A stretch of 64,000 bases of DNA from Candidatus Latescibacterota bacterium (GCA_965217865.1 CBDCJO010000002.1:2656001-2720000); one strand, 5' to 3'; positions 9,709-19,949 are shown, counted from the stretch's first letter. The notes: generated from the sequence alone by a model not told the origin. Program-made: numbers and translations.

Positions 9709-11034
9709 ATGAAACCAAAAATCCTGATCGTCGACGACGAACGAAACATCCGCCGCTCCCTCGACATGATCCTCACAGGTGAAGGATACGAAGTCATCTG
9801 TGCGGAACGGGGCGAAGACGCCACAACCCTCTCCGTCCAGAAACGACCGGATGCTGTGCTTCTGGACATTGTTCTGCCCGACATCGACGGCATCGAAGTC
9901 CTGAAGCGGATCAAAGCCCGTTCACCCGACCTTCCGATCATCATGATCTCGGGCCACGGGACCGTGCAGGATGCCGTCCAGGCCACCCGTCTGGGGGCTT
10001 ACGACTTTTTCGAAAAGCCCCTTTCAAAAGAGAAAATCCTTCTCACCCTCGGCCACGCCCTGGAAACCAGGACCCTGAGACGGGGGTTCGAGATGATTGG
10101 AGAGGGGCCGTCCATGCTGGCCATCCATGAGCAGGTGAGCCGGGTGGCGCCCACCAACGGCCGGGTGCTGCTCATGGGCGAGAGCGGAACCGGCAAGGAA
10201 CTCGTAGCCCGGTCCATTCACTACAACAGCCCCCGAAAAAATATGCCTTTTATCAAGGTCAACTGCGCTGCGATCCCGGAGGAACTGATCGAAAGCGAAC
10301 TGTTTGGCAGCGATCGGGGTGCCTTCACCGGGGCTGTCAAAACGCGGGACGGAAAGTTTCTCCAGGCCGACGGGGGAACCCTCTTCCTGGATGAGATCGG
10401 CGACATGAGCTTTAACGTCCAGTCCAAGGTCCTTCGCGCCCTCGAGCAGGGGGAGTTTGAACGGGTCGGCGGCACCCAAACCATCCAGGTGGACGTACGC
10501 GTCCTCGCGGCCACCAACCGTGACCTTCCAAAACTCGTCGAGACAGGGAAATTCCGCGAAGACCTCTATTTCCGCCTGAACGTGGTGCCTCTCGTCGTCA
10601 CTCCCCTCCGGGAACGTCCGGAAGACATTCCGCTGCTCGTCGGCAGCTTCCTGGAACACGTCGCTGCCGAGAACGGGGTCCGTGGCAAAACGGTATCCGA
10701 AGAGGCGATGAAGATCCTGTGCGCCTACACCTGGCCGGGAAACATCCGGGAACTTCGCAACGTCGTCGAACGTCTGTCGATCATGGTGACCGGGGATGTC
10801 ATCCGTCCGACCGACCTTCCAACCGAACTCCGTGCGGGAAGGAACATCATCCGAAAAGGCTCGGAGGCTTCCGGGAAAACCCTGAAGGAGATTCGGGAGC
10901 AAGTCGAGAAAGACTACATTCGCGCAGTCCTCGCAGAACACGATTGGAATGTCACCCAGGCCGCAAAAGATCTCGGCATCGAACGCACCAATCTGCACAA
11001 GAAGATCAAATTCTACGGGATCGGAAAGGAATAA
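9709..11034 (+). CDS. NtrX/NtrC-family sigma54-dependent response regulator
   Basis: Receiver domain (LIVDDE, LLD, ISGHG, EKP), GESGTGKE, GAFTGA, LFLDEIGD, WPGNIREL and a Fis-type HTH. Confidence 0.95.
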   Translation: MKPKILIVDDERNIRRSLDMILTGEGYEVICAERGEDATTLSVQKRPDAVLLDIVLPDIDGIEVLKRIKARSPDLPIIMISGHGTVQDAVQATRLGAYDFFEKPLSKEKILLTLGHALETRTLRRGFEMIGEGPSMLAIHEQVSRVAPTNGRVLLMGESGTGKELVARSIHYNSPRKNMPFIKVNCAAIPEELIESELFGSDRGAFTGAVKTRDGKFLQADGGTLFLDEIGDMSFNVQSKVLRALEQGEFERVGGTQTIQVDVRVLAATNRDLPKLVETGKFREDLYFRLNVVPLVVTPLRERPEDIPLLVGSFLEHVAAENGVRGKTVSEEAMKILCAYTWPGNIRELRNVVERLSIMVTGDVIRPTDLPTELRAGRNIIRKGSEASGKTLKEIREQVEKDYIRAVLAEHDWNVTQAAKDLGIERTNLHKKIKFYGIGKE

Positions 11035-11069
11035 CCGTAAACAAAATGACTCTCCAATTACGTAAGCCA

Positions 11070-11158
11070 CGTCCTGAGCGGAGCAGCGCACCAGCGCTGC
11101 GTAGTCGAAGGAGATCCTTCTTTTTCAGCCCTTTTTCTTGATGAGCAAGAAAAAGGGC
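11070..11158. repeat. CTGAGCGGAG-[hairpin]-GTCGAAGG repeat followed by a perfect 13-bp inverted repeat (terminator-like)
   Basis: Same repeat at 17428-17466 and a variant at 14134-14174. GCCCTTTTTCTTG/CAAGAAAAAGGGC at 11128-11158. Confidence 0.7.
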
Positions 11159-11342
11159 GACCTTGGGGGAAGGGTGGTAATCAGACAAACAACGGTGGGG
11201 TGGTAGCAAGAAAGGGTGAACTTGGGAGGGTTGGAAGCAAGCATCAGCTTTGAGAAAGTTTAATCCAAGGGTGTCTGTTACACACAACTAATAACCAGGA
11301 AGATCTACCTTTTTAACAATCCAACAATCAGAAAGCCATCTC

Positions 11343-12473
11343 ATGGTCCTTCCTCGGAACCTCTTCCGAACGTGTGTCGTCTTTCTGCTCCTTGTTCCAT
11401 CCGTCGCATCCCCTCGCATCGGATCCTTCCCTGAAAGAGGCTTTGCCATCAACATGAGCCCAACCCGATACAACAGGGTGGAAGGCCTCTTCTTCGGGGG
11501 AAACCTGGTGATCGCCCCGGAGGATTGGAGGGGGATCAGCCTGTTCGGCGCCGGGGGTTATGGCCGGGAAAACAAGGCCTGGCGACACGAGGTGGGTCTC
11601 AAAATGGCAAGCGACAAAACCAGTCTCTCCTTTTCCCAGTTCAACCGGACCGCCAGCCTGGATGACTCCCTGATCACAACGGGTGCGAACTCCTTCATGG
11701 CCCTCCTCTTTAATAGGGATTATAAGGACTACTTTCAGGCCAGAGGAGGTGTGGAATGGCTTGCGACACACCGTCATAACAAATCCCTCGCCTTCAACGC
11801 CCGGTTGTCACTCTCCACCCTGAGAAACATGCGGAAGTCCACAGACTGGAGCCTGTTCCGCCGGGATGAAGACTTTCGCGACAACCCCGGGATCGTGCAG
11901 GGAAAGGAGGGACTCATCTCCGGTTCGATCGTCGTGGACCTTCGCCGTTCGAACCCCATCCGCAGGGGCGGCACCTATCTCTCCGTAGAATATCGCCATC
12001 GTTTTCGGGACTTTGAAGACAACGGGCTGACGCTGAAGCTCCAGCGATATCAGGTCATGCCGTTTGGGGACCAGACTCTTTTATTGCGCGCGATGTTGGC
12101 CAGCAGGACCAAACTTGCCCCGCAGGACAGTCTCCACCAACTCTACCTGGGCGGTATCGGAACCTTGCGGGGGTTGGCATTTCGGGAACTTTCAGGCAAT
12201 CGGTTGTTGATGTTCAATGCGGACTATATCTTCCAGGACGCCCTCAAACTCCTGGACCTTGTCCTTTTTTTCGACACCGGTTGGATCGGCCGACGCCCTC
12301 AATCCGCATCCGTCCTCACCGGCTTCGGCGACGTCCAGTGGAGCGATTTCAAGTCCAACATCGGCATGGCGCTCTCGCTGAGCGGCCAGCGGCTGCGTCT
12401 CAACATTGCCCGCAGGTTTGACCGCCGGGACGCAAAGTGGGTGGTTACGATTCGGGGACGGAGGAGCCTGTGA
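11343..12473 (+). CDS. Omp85-like beta-barrel protein with no obvious POTRA domain
   Basis: Signal peptide, RYNRVEGLFFG, LYLGGIGTLRG loop motif, LFFDTG and KSNIGMAL terminal strands. Confidence 0.75.
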   Translation: MVLPRNLFRTCVVFLLLVPSVASPRIGSFPERGFAINMSPTRYNRVEGLFFGGNLVIAPEDWRGISLFGAGGYGRENKAWRHEVGLKMASDKTSLSFSQFNRTASLDDSLITTGANSFMALLFNRDYKDYFQARGGVEWLATHRHNKSLAFNARLSLSTLRNMRKSTDWSLFRRDEDFRDNPGIVQGKEGLISGSIVVDLRRSNPIRRGGTYLSVEYRHRFRDFEDNGLTLKLQRYQVMPFGDQTLLLRAMLASRTKLAPQDSLHQLYLGGIGTLRGLAFRELSGNRLLMFNADYIFQDALKLLDLVLFFDTGWIGRRPQSASVLTGFGDVQWSDFKSNIGMALSLSGQRLRLNIARRFDRRDAKWVVTIRGRRSL

Positions 12474-14053
12474 AGAGCTCCAGGGGGGTTGGGGCTTCTG
12501 TTTCTTCCATCCTCGTCGCGATCTTTGCCATCCCCCAGTCCCTTCTCTGGGCAGGAGAACCCTTCCGGGTCTTCGACCTCGAAATGCCCGGGCACGTTGG
12601 GTATTTCCTCGCGGAAGACCTGGACGAAGACGGCCTTAAAGAATTAATCGTCCTCCACAAAAAACCACCTCCATCAAGAGTGGCGGTGACATCTCTGTGG
12701 ATGTCGATCTTTTTTCAGAGTGACGCCGGATTCGGGGCGAGTCCGGATCGTACCATCCCCATCGACCCCCGGGCAGCCGTCTTCGATGTGGGGGATTTGC
12801 TGCCAACTCCAGGTAAGGAGATTTCTTTCCTGGGTCCCGATGGACTCCACGCCTACCCATCCCTGGATAGTTCGTCCCATCCCCGTCCACAGAAAGTCCT
12901 CGATATCCCCTCTATTTTCACGTTTCACGATCCCTCCGCACTTGCCCACTTCGACTTTATCTCCGATCTGGATCGAGACGGCATAGAAGATATCATGGTG
13001 CCGCAGCGGGATGGATTGGCGATCTACACAAAGGATCCAGACGGCCTGCTAATCCCCTCGGGGGTAATCCAAATGGGATGGGTTTCAACGATTCATAGCC
13101 TTTCCTCGCAACGGAGGGCCCTGGGCTTTGGAGTCCGCATGAGTGTGGCCACCCCTCGGTTTTTGACGCAGGACTTCAACGGCGATCGGAGGAGCGACCT
13201 GATCGCTATCTATTCCGATAGCCTCTGCGCCTTCTTTCAAAAGCCGGGAGGGGGTTTCGACGGCCCCCCCGATCAGGTGATCGATCTACGGTTCGATCGC
13301 ATCGCGACAGGGACACAGACCATACGGGAGGCTCCCGAGGACCGGGACGAACACACCAGCATCACAAAGATCACGGACTTGAATGGGGATGGACGGATAG
13401 ACTTGCTGGCCCTTCGGATCTCGACCCGGAAGAGCGCCCTCCGCCCCGAGACCGAGGTACAGGTCTATTATGGCCGGGAGACCGAAGGCCGAAACCTGTT
13501 TCCCGCTGATCCCGACCAGATCCTGAAGGCGAAAGGCACCCAGATCCTCGCCGATGCCGTCGACCTCGACGGAGACGGAAGGATGGACCTCATCGTCCCC
13601 ACGATTAAACTCGGCCTTGCGCAGATCATCCGGGTCTTGATCTCGAAGACCCTCGAGGTAGATGTCCATATCTTTCTGATGGGAAAGGACGGCCGCTACC
13701 CCAAAAAGGCCTCGGACAAAAGAGACTTTCCCGTACAGTTCGACTTCAAGGGTCAACACAGTCAACCGGTCTACGAAGTCGTGGATCTTAACAATGACGG
13801 AAGGATTGATATTCTCACCAGCGCAGATTTTGAGGAGCTCGAGGGCTATTATGGCGTCCCCAAAAAGATCTTGCGAAACAAACCCGATTTTCGATTTCGC
13901 GTAAAGTTGCCCCGAAACGGAGAACGCGTCATCGCGATCCAACTGAACCCGGACAGCCGGGCGGACCTTGTGATCACCTACGAAATACAGGATATGGAAG
14001 AAGGGGAAGACCTGCGGAATTTGGTTCGGGTTCTGCTCTCCGACGGTCCTTGA
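12470..14053 (+). CDS. Exported FG-GAP/VCBS repeat (beta-propeller) protein
   Basis: Repeated DLDxDGxxDL motifs (DLDEDG, DLDRDG, DFNGDR, DLNGDG, DLDGDG, DLNNDG); GTGA overlap and GGAGGAG RBS. Confidence 0.88.
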   Translation: MKSSRGVGASVSSILVAIFAIPQSLLWAGEPFRVFDLEMPGHVGYFLAEDLDEDGLKELIVLHKKPPPSRVAVTSLWMSIFFQSDAGFGASPDRTIPIDPRAAVFDVGDLLPTPGKEISFLGPDGLHAYPSLDSSSHPRPQKVLDIPSIFTFHDPSALAHFDFISDLDRDGIEDIMVPQRDGLAIYTKDPDGLLIPSGVIQMGWVSTIHSLSSQRRALGFGVRMSVATPRFLTQDFNGDRRSDLIAIYSDSLCAFFQKPGGGFDGPPDQVIDLRFDRIATGTQTIREAPEDRDEHTSITKITDLNGDGRIDLLALRISTRKSALRPETEVQVYYGRETEGRNLFPADPDQILKAKGTQILADAVDLDGDGRMDLIVPTIKLGLAQIIRVLISKTLEVDVHIFLMGKDGRYPKKASDKRDFPVQFDFKGQHSQPVYEVVDLNNDGRIDILTSADFEELEGYYGVPKKILRNKPDFRFRVKLPRNGERVIAIQLNPDSRADLVITYEIQDMEEGEDLRNLVRVLLSDGP

Positions 14054-14083
14054 GGGAAGGATACGCCGAACAAGTCAAAAAAA

Positions 14084-14282
14084 TGTCATTCTGAGCCCCT
14101 TCACTTCGTTCAGGATAAACTCCGGCGAAGCTTGTCCTGAGCGGAGTGGCCGGTCTTTGGCACGGAGTCGAAGGGAATCTCGTTTTTCGTAAAACGAATA
14201 TCCAAGAGATAAAACGCTTTCTCTTCGACTATTAGGCATTTCAAACTAAATATGTCATTCTGAGCCGAAGGCGAAGAATCTC
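14084..14282. repeat. TGTCATTCTGAGC...GAATCTC intergenic repeat, two copies (the first is nested)
   Basis: TGTCATTCTGAGCC at about 14084 and 14253. Confidence 0.7.
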
Positions 14283-14460
14283 TGTTTTCGGATTCTCTCT
14301 GAAGGTGACCTTCAAGTCACGTGATATTGGATCGATTCCAAAGCAACTTTTGCTAAAACAAAAACATTACGATCGTTTTTTATGTTCGTCAAGACTAACC
14401 CTGATTTGAAGAGGCCTTTCAATCTTCAATCGTCAATATTCAATCCTAAATTTCCCCTGA

Positions 14461-14595
14461 CCTCTGACCCCTGGCTTTTCCTGCCCCTCCACTGCCTTTT
14501 CCCGTCTCACCTCTAACGTCCCGCAAACTGAGTTGAATTTAGGTTTTTTCTTCTGTATTCTGTATTCACGGTGGGGATGGGCGGAAGGGTCTTAC
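14461..14595. repeat. About 140-bp direct repeat flanking nth, copy A
   Basis: Aligns with 15269-15413 at roughly 80% identity by eye. Confidence 0.85.
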
Positions 14596-14603
14596 TCCTA
14601 CCC

Positions 14604-15254
14604 CTACATTTTCCCATTCGACGGACATGCTTTTTTTATCGCGCATGCCGGACATTCAGGCGATCGTGCGGTGCAGGTCCTCCGTCCGTGATGGATTAAA
14701 AGATGGGGAAAGACAACCCAGTGCCTTTTCGGAACAAGCTTGATCAAATCCTGCTCGATCTTCTTCGGGTCCTGATTTTGGGTCAGACCCAGCCTGTTTG
14801 TGATCCGCCGGACGTGCGTATCTACGACGACCCCGGACGCGATCCCGAATGCATTCCCCATCACAACGTTGGCTGTCTTACGACCGACACCCGGTAGGCG
14901 GGTCAGAGCTGCAAGATCTTTGGGAACCTCTCCCTCGTGCTCCAACACCAGATTTTGGCAGCAGGACTTGATATTCTTTGCTTTATTCCGAAAAAACCCC
15001 GTCGAACGTATGGCCTCCTCGATCCCCCCCAACTCCGCGGCGGCGTAGTCCTCCGCCGTCCTGTATTTAGCGAACAGGTGAGGCGTCACAGCGTTTACCC
15101 GCTCGTCCGTACATTGTGCAGAAAGAATTGTTGAAATCAACAACTCAAGCGGGTTGCCGTAGTCGAGGGAGCACTTCGCATCGGGGATCGCCCGCTTCAA
15201 TCCTCGGATGATCCTTAGAACACGTCCTCGTCTCTCCTCGCGACTCTCTCTCAC
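14604..15254 (-). CDS. nth: Endonuclease III
   Basis: LSAQCTDERVN, HhH motif LPGVGRKTANV, VDTHV and the Cx6Cx2Cx5C 4Fe-4S motif. Confidence 0.97.
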   Translation of the reverse strand: MRESREERRGRVLRIIRGLKRAIPDAKCSLDYGNPLELLISTILSAQCTDERVNAVTPHLFAKYRTAEDYAAAELGGIEEAIRSTGFFRNKAKNIKSCCQNLVLEHEGEVPKDLAALTRLPGVGRKTANVVMGNAFGIASGVVVDTHVRRITNRLGLTQNQDPKKIEQDLIKLVPKRHWVVFPHLLIHHGRRTCTARSPECPACAIKKACPSNGKM

Positions 15255-15268
15255 GATCGCCCCCCTTG

Positions 15269-15413
15269 CCTCTGACCCCTGACTTTTCTTGCCACTGCTA
15301 CTGCCTTTTCCGTCCCACCACTAATGTCCCGCCGACTGGATGAATTTAGGTCTTCTTCTGACTCCTGTCTTCTGTATTCTCTATTCCGGTGGTGATGGGG
15401 CGAAGAGTCTTGC
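15269..15413. repeat. About 140-bp direct repeat flanking nth, copy B
   Basis: Aligns with 14461-14595. Confidence 0.85.
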
Positions 15414-15535
15414 CTTTGCCTTTCCTGCTACTGCCTTTGCTTTCCCTCTGACCTCCGACCTCTGACCCCCGATTTTCGTCTTACGTCTCACGTTTGACGT
15501 TTGACATTTTTTTCCCATCGTCCATCGTCCATCGT

Positions 15536-16415
15536 CTATGGTCTATGGTCCAATATCTTAATATATTTCTTCAGCTCGATCACCTTCCCTCCTTCCCCCT
15601 TGGATAGGTATACAAGCATCAGGTTGTTCATCATCCGAATGAGGATATGGCGATTGGGAGCGGACTCCAGACAGGAATTATCAAATGTGTTGCCAAGCCG
15701 AGTCACGATCTCCTGGCACTCTTTCCGGGTGATCACCTCACCACGATTAAACGGATCGACGAAAAACTCTAGATCGGCATCACGATATTTTACGATGAAA
15801 TGTCCGGGCATCCCGATTCCGGATACCGGGAGACCGAGACGACGGCTCAAAAAAAGGTAAACGGCCGATAGGGTGATCGGAATGCCCACCCTCCGGTCCA
15901 GGACTCGGTTGATGAAGCTGTTTTCCGGATCCCGCACGGCCCCCCCCTTAAAACCCTTTTCATCGAACAGATAGGCATTCAGTTCGCGGATGGTATGGAT
16001 GGGATGGTCATTTTTCGAGACGTGCGGAGAAAGGTCGGCAGCCATTTCATCCAAGAGGTCCACATAGGGATCCGACAATACCTCGGGGTAGCCGAACTTC
16101 GCGATCAGGAAGGTCCCGACCTCAAGGTCGATTTCGGAGGAGAGGGATAGGTCCTCGAATTGTTTGTCCAGGGGGGGGGTCATCCATGCGGACCAAAAGT
16201 TTGGCGATCTCTTGTTGGGCCCGGACGTGAGATCCCGCGGCCGCATGAATCCCCACGACCGTCTCCTGGCTCATATCCGCCAGTTTTTTCCTTACCGCCC
16301 GCACGACCTCCTGGTCTTCATCTGAAAGGAGTGTGAGGATGGCTTGAATCTCTCGCTCAGTCAACCCGCCCGCCTTTGCATTTCCTGCTACTGCTACTGC
16401 ATTTTCCCGTCTCAC
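15536..16415 (-). pseudogene. SirB1/transglutaminase-like family protein, frameshifted at a homopolymer
   Basis: ENSFINRVLDRRVGIPITLS and GMPGHF motifs. The two ORFs join at G9 (16171-16179), and removing one base restores the frame. Start is uncertain. Confidence 0.8.
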
Positions 16416-16496
16416 GTCTCACTTCTGACGTCTCACGTTTTCCCGACCACTGGCCCCTGCCTTTGCTTTTCCTGCCACTGCCACCAGCTACTGCCA

Positions 16497-17057
16497 CTAA
16501 CCTAAAACCAGATATCCGATAAGGGCAGATGCAAGAATGACGAGCGCCGGGTGAAGGCCCAGGAATATGACGGCTCCAATTGCTCCACCTGTTATCAAAT
16601 AGGTCCCCCAGGCCGAAGGGGTGTTCAACCGGAAGGGGAAGGACTTCTGAGCCACCTCATAAGTGACTAAAATAAGGAGAGCCACAACGGCCGGACGGAC
16701 CCCGAAGAGAACCGACTGAACCTTGGGATGGTTCCGATATTCGAAAAAGAAAGTCGCCAGAAGAAGGATCATGAAAAGAGACGGAACAATCGTACCTGCA
16801 AGACCCGCCAGGGCACCCCACACCCCTGCGATCTTAAAGCCCACATAACCGGACATCTTTGTTGCAATCGGGCCGGGGAGGGCGTAACCCATAGCCAATG
16901 CATCGGTAAACTCTTCGAGAGTCAGCCATTTGTGTGCCATGACCACCTCTTCCTGCATCAGAGGGATCATGGATGGCCCTCCCCCGTACGCGAAAATTCC
17001 AACCTTGCCAAAAGCCACGAAAATGTCCCATATTAAGGTGAATTTTTGAAAAAACAT
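16497..17057 (-). CDS. chrA: Short-chain chromate ion transporter (CHR family)
   Basis: FAYGGGPSMIP, LPGPIAT and GVRPAVVAL; five TM segments. Confidence 0.88.
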   Translation of the reverse strand: MFFQKFTLIWDIFVAFGKVGIFAYGGGPSMIPLMQEEVVMAHKWLTLEEFTDALAMGYALPGPIATKMSGYVGFKIAGVWGALAGLAGTIVPSLFMILLLATFFFEYRNHPKVQSVLFGVRPAVVALLILVTYEVAQKSFPFRLNTPSAWGTYLITGGAIGAVIFLGLHPALVILASALIGYLVLG

Positions 17058-17304
17058 GCGACCTCCTCAAGGGCGATGGACGATGTTCCTGCGAGAATTT
17101 TCAATATACAATCTGCCTGCTGGGGAGACAAGGCCATTTCGGCCCCATAATTTTTTTGGTTCGACCCCCTTTTTGAGATTTCTAATTTTGCCGGATTATA
17201 TTAGATTATACCTGGATTGCAGGCAGGCATCCCAGATCCTGATTCATTCCTGATCGGTGATGGACACAGCCCCGGGATAAGGGACGCGAGTGGAACTACT
17301 GGAT

Positions 17305-17400
17305 GTTATTAAAGTCAAACTGTACTTTCAGTACATGAATCATATTATTGGTTTTGCGCGCGACTCTGTCCCTCCTTTGAACGCTCCACCCAAATCCGGT
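17305..17400. repeat. About 95-bp dispersed repeat, copy 2
   Basis: Aligns with 5242-5338. Confidence 0.85.
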
Positions 17401-17621
17401 AAAGGCACAAGCCCTCTCGAAGTTACATCTGAGCGGAGCAGCGCGTCAGCGCTGCGTAGTCGAAGGAGGGCACTAAATTTTGATTGTCATCTACAGTCCG
17501 GGCTTAGGCGCGCCCAACTCCGCGGCGTTTGAGCAGAGCCGGACATCCTTCGCATTCCATAGAAGTTAAATGCAAGCTCAATTCTGTTACACGCCACGAG
17601 AAAGAAAAGGAGAACTTGCCC

Positions 17622-17933
17622 ATGTCGAACGAGTCATCATCGGATAAAAGACAGCATCCGCGGATTCAGATTGAGCTCCCGGTCCAGGTCCACGGTGAGA
17701 CGGAGCGGCCATTGGTTCTTCAGATGTCCGACATCAGCGCACAGGGAATGCAGATTAAGATGACTCGTTCCGACTTCGAGGCACTCCAGAAACCCGGCGA
17801 AAAAGAGGGGATGAGCAGCTTCTTTGAAGTCCAGATCACTGCCCGGCTCTCGTGGGTGCGGCCGGATGTGGACGAGGGCCTTACCACAGGTTGGGAGTTC
17901 GACTTCATGGAGGACGAGGAACGCATCGGATAA
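17622..17933 (+). CDS. PilZ domain protein (c-di-GMP binding)
   Basis: RQHPR (RxxxR) and DISAQG (DxSxxG); AAGGAG RBS. Confidence 0.85.
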   Translation: MSNESSSDKRQHPRIQIELPVQVHGETERPLVLQMSDISAQGMQIKMTRSDFEALQKPGEKEGMSSFFEVQITARLSWVRPDVDEGLTTGWEFDFMEDEERIG

Positions 17934-17936
17934 GCG

Positions 17937-17965
17937 TTGACAAAGAATCCCGATTGGGCTATTTT
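17937..17965 (+). promoter_or_regulatory. Putative sigma70 promoter for the TPR-efp-acc operon
   Basis: TTGACA-17bp-TATTTT. Confidence 0.5.
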
Positions 17966-18002
17966 TGCCCCTTGCAAATTTTCTTCAAAAGTCGAAATCA
18001 CG

Positions 18003-18868
18003 GTGCCCGAGAAGCTGAATGATTTAGAACGCATCATCTCCAAAAACCCGACCTCCTCTCTGTTTGCCAGGCTTGCTGACGCTTACCTCCAGTCAGGGGA
18101 TGTCGATCGCGCGATAGAGGTATGTGAGCAGGGTCTTCGGTATCGCCCATCTTATGTCAGCGGTCACGTGGTTCTGGGCAAGAGCCGTTTCTCCGCCGGG
18201 AGTTTGTGGAAGCTCGTCGGGCCTTCAACAAGGTGCTCCACCTCGACCCTCAACACGCGGTCGCCATCTGGTATCTCGGCAGGATCGATCGGGAGATGGG
18301 TTGGGACGATCTTGCCCTCCGAAACTTTCAGAAAGCTCAGGACCTGGATCCCCTCAGCAAAAGCCTGCAGATGAGTATCGACGAAATTCTCACTTCGATC
18401 TCAAACCGGATGGGGGAAAGGATCAGAGACGGGGTGGAGGAAGGAGAATTTGACGATGTCCCCGCCGTCGATCGATTGGAGTCTCAGTGCGCTACTGAGA
18501 TTCAAACCGCGGGAACGGAGGAAGGCGGAGTCAGGGGGACAGGGGACCCCCACCTGTTACCTGACCGTGGAATTGAGGACACTCCGGAGCCTGATAGGGG
18601 GAGGCCGGAGAGCGGAGCGAGCGATGGTGAAACCGCAAACCCAAAACGGGATTCAAAACTGGAGGGTCCGGCCAAAGACTCCGCGTCGGAATATTCCCCC
18701 ATCCATACGGCAACGTTGGCAGAGATCTTCGCTTCGCAGGGCCATACCGCCCGGGCCATCGCCATACTCGAGCGGGTCGTGGAAACGGAACCCGGAAACG
18801 CGAGAGTGCGTGATAGGATCAACACGCTAAAACAGGGAAAATCGGGCCTTCGACACATCGAGAAGTAG
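18003..18868 (+). pseudogene. Tetratricopeptide repeat protein, frameshifted near 18200
   Basis: FARLADAY..GDVDRAIEVC TPR in the first ORF continues as EARRAFNKVL..., ending TATLAEIFASQG. One base appears missing at GCCGGGAG. Confidence 0.75.
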
Positions 18869-18898
18869 GAACTTCGATCCAGTTGCTGGAGAGTCGAG

Positions 18899-19456
18899 AT
18901 GATTTCGACCGGAGAATTCCGAAACGGAATGGTCTTGAATTATGAAGATCATCTCTATTCCATCGTAGAATTTCAACACGTAAAACCTGGCAAGGGCGGT
19001 GCATTCGTCAGGACTCGTCTTAAGAACATACGGACCGGTGCGACCATCACGCCCACCTTCCGGTCGGGTGACAAAGTGGAGGAGGTTCGTCTGGAGCGTC
19101 GGTCAATGCAGTATCTCTACGCTTCTGACGATGTCTACTATTTCATGGACCTCCAGAGTTATGACCAGATCCAGCTGAACAAAGAGTCCATCAGCAATTC
19201 CTTATCCTATCTGAAAGAAAACGATGTCGTCGATGTCCTTTTGGCGGACGATAAACCGATCGGCATACAGATGCCGAACTTCACAAACCTGAAGGTCGAA
19301 CAGGCCGAGCCAGGGGTCAAAGGGGATACGGCCGCTGGGGGGACAAAGGCCGCCCTCCTGGAGACCGGTCTGACCGTTCAGGTTCCCATGTTCGTCGAAA
19401 CGGGAGACACCCTTCGTATCGACACACGGACCGGAAACTACGTTGAAAGGGTGTGA
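18899..19456 (+). CDS. efp: Elongation factor P
   Basis: FQHVKPGKGGAFVRT, PGVKGDT and IDTRTG. Confidence 0.98.
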   Translation: MISTGEFRNGMVLNYEDHLYSIVEFQHVKPGKGGAFVRTRLKNIRTGATITPTFRSGDKVEEVRLERRSMQYLYASDDVYYFMDLQSYDQIQLNKESISNSLSYLKENDVVDVLLADDKPIGIQMPNFTNLKVEQAEPGVKGDTAAGGTKAALLETGLTVQVPMFVETGDTLRIDTRTGNYVERV

Positions 19457-19480
19457 AACCCAACCTGTAATGAGAAGCCG

Positions 19481-19945
19481 GTGAGGATAACCAAGATCAA
19501 AACCCTTGTCCGGGAAATGGTGGGTCTGATTCAAGCTCACGGCCTCGATGAAATAGAGGTGGATTTTTCCATATTTGGCAGGAAGCGGATTCGGTTGGCC
19601 AAAAGGAGTGAGCGGCCTCAAAACTCGCCGCCGCCACAGGAAACCAACGAGAAGTCCGATTCCCCTCCGGAGGCGTCCCCCGCCGATTCTGAGGCAGATG
19701 GTTTCCATACGATCCACTCCCCCATGGTGGGCATGTTTTACCGCTCCCCATCCCCGGATGAGGCCCCATACGTGCGGGAAGGAGATCCGGTCTCTTCAGG
19801 TCAGGTCGTCTGCGTCATCGAAGCGATGAAAATCATGAATGAAATAGAATCCGATGCGAAGGGGAAGATCGTCCGCATCTTGGCGGAAAATGCCCAACCT
19901 GTCGAATACCATCAGCCCCTTTTCCTTGTAGAACCGACTTCATAG
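19481..19945 (+). CDS. accB: Acetyl-CoA carboxylase biotin carboxyl carrier protein
   Basis: SPMVGMFY and the EAMKIMNEI biotinylation motif. Confidence 0.95.
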   Translation: MRITKIKTLVREMVGLIQAHGLDEIEVDFSIFGRKRIRLAKRSERPQNSPPPQETNEKSDSPPEASPADSEADGFHTIHSPMVGMFYRSPSPDEAPYVREGDPVSSGQVVCVIEAMKIMNEIESDAKGKIVRILAENAQPVEYHQPLFLVEPTS

Positions 19946-19949
19946 GGGG

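Noticed and set aside
6931-11091. Long antisense ORFs (6931-8031, 10024-11091)
   Set aside because: They are antisense shadows of well-supported GC-rich genes.
14158-14172. TGGCACG as a sigma54 promoter
   Set aside because: It lacks the -12 TTGC and lies inside a REP-like repeat.
16497-17057. Single short-chain CHR without a partner subunit
   Set aside because: It could be a homodimer or have a partner elsewhere; nothing further is visible here.
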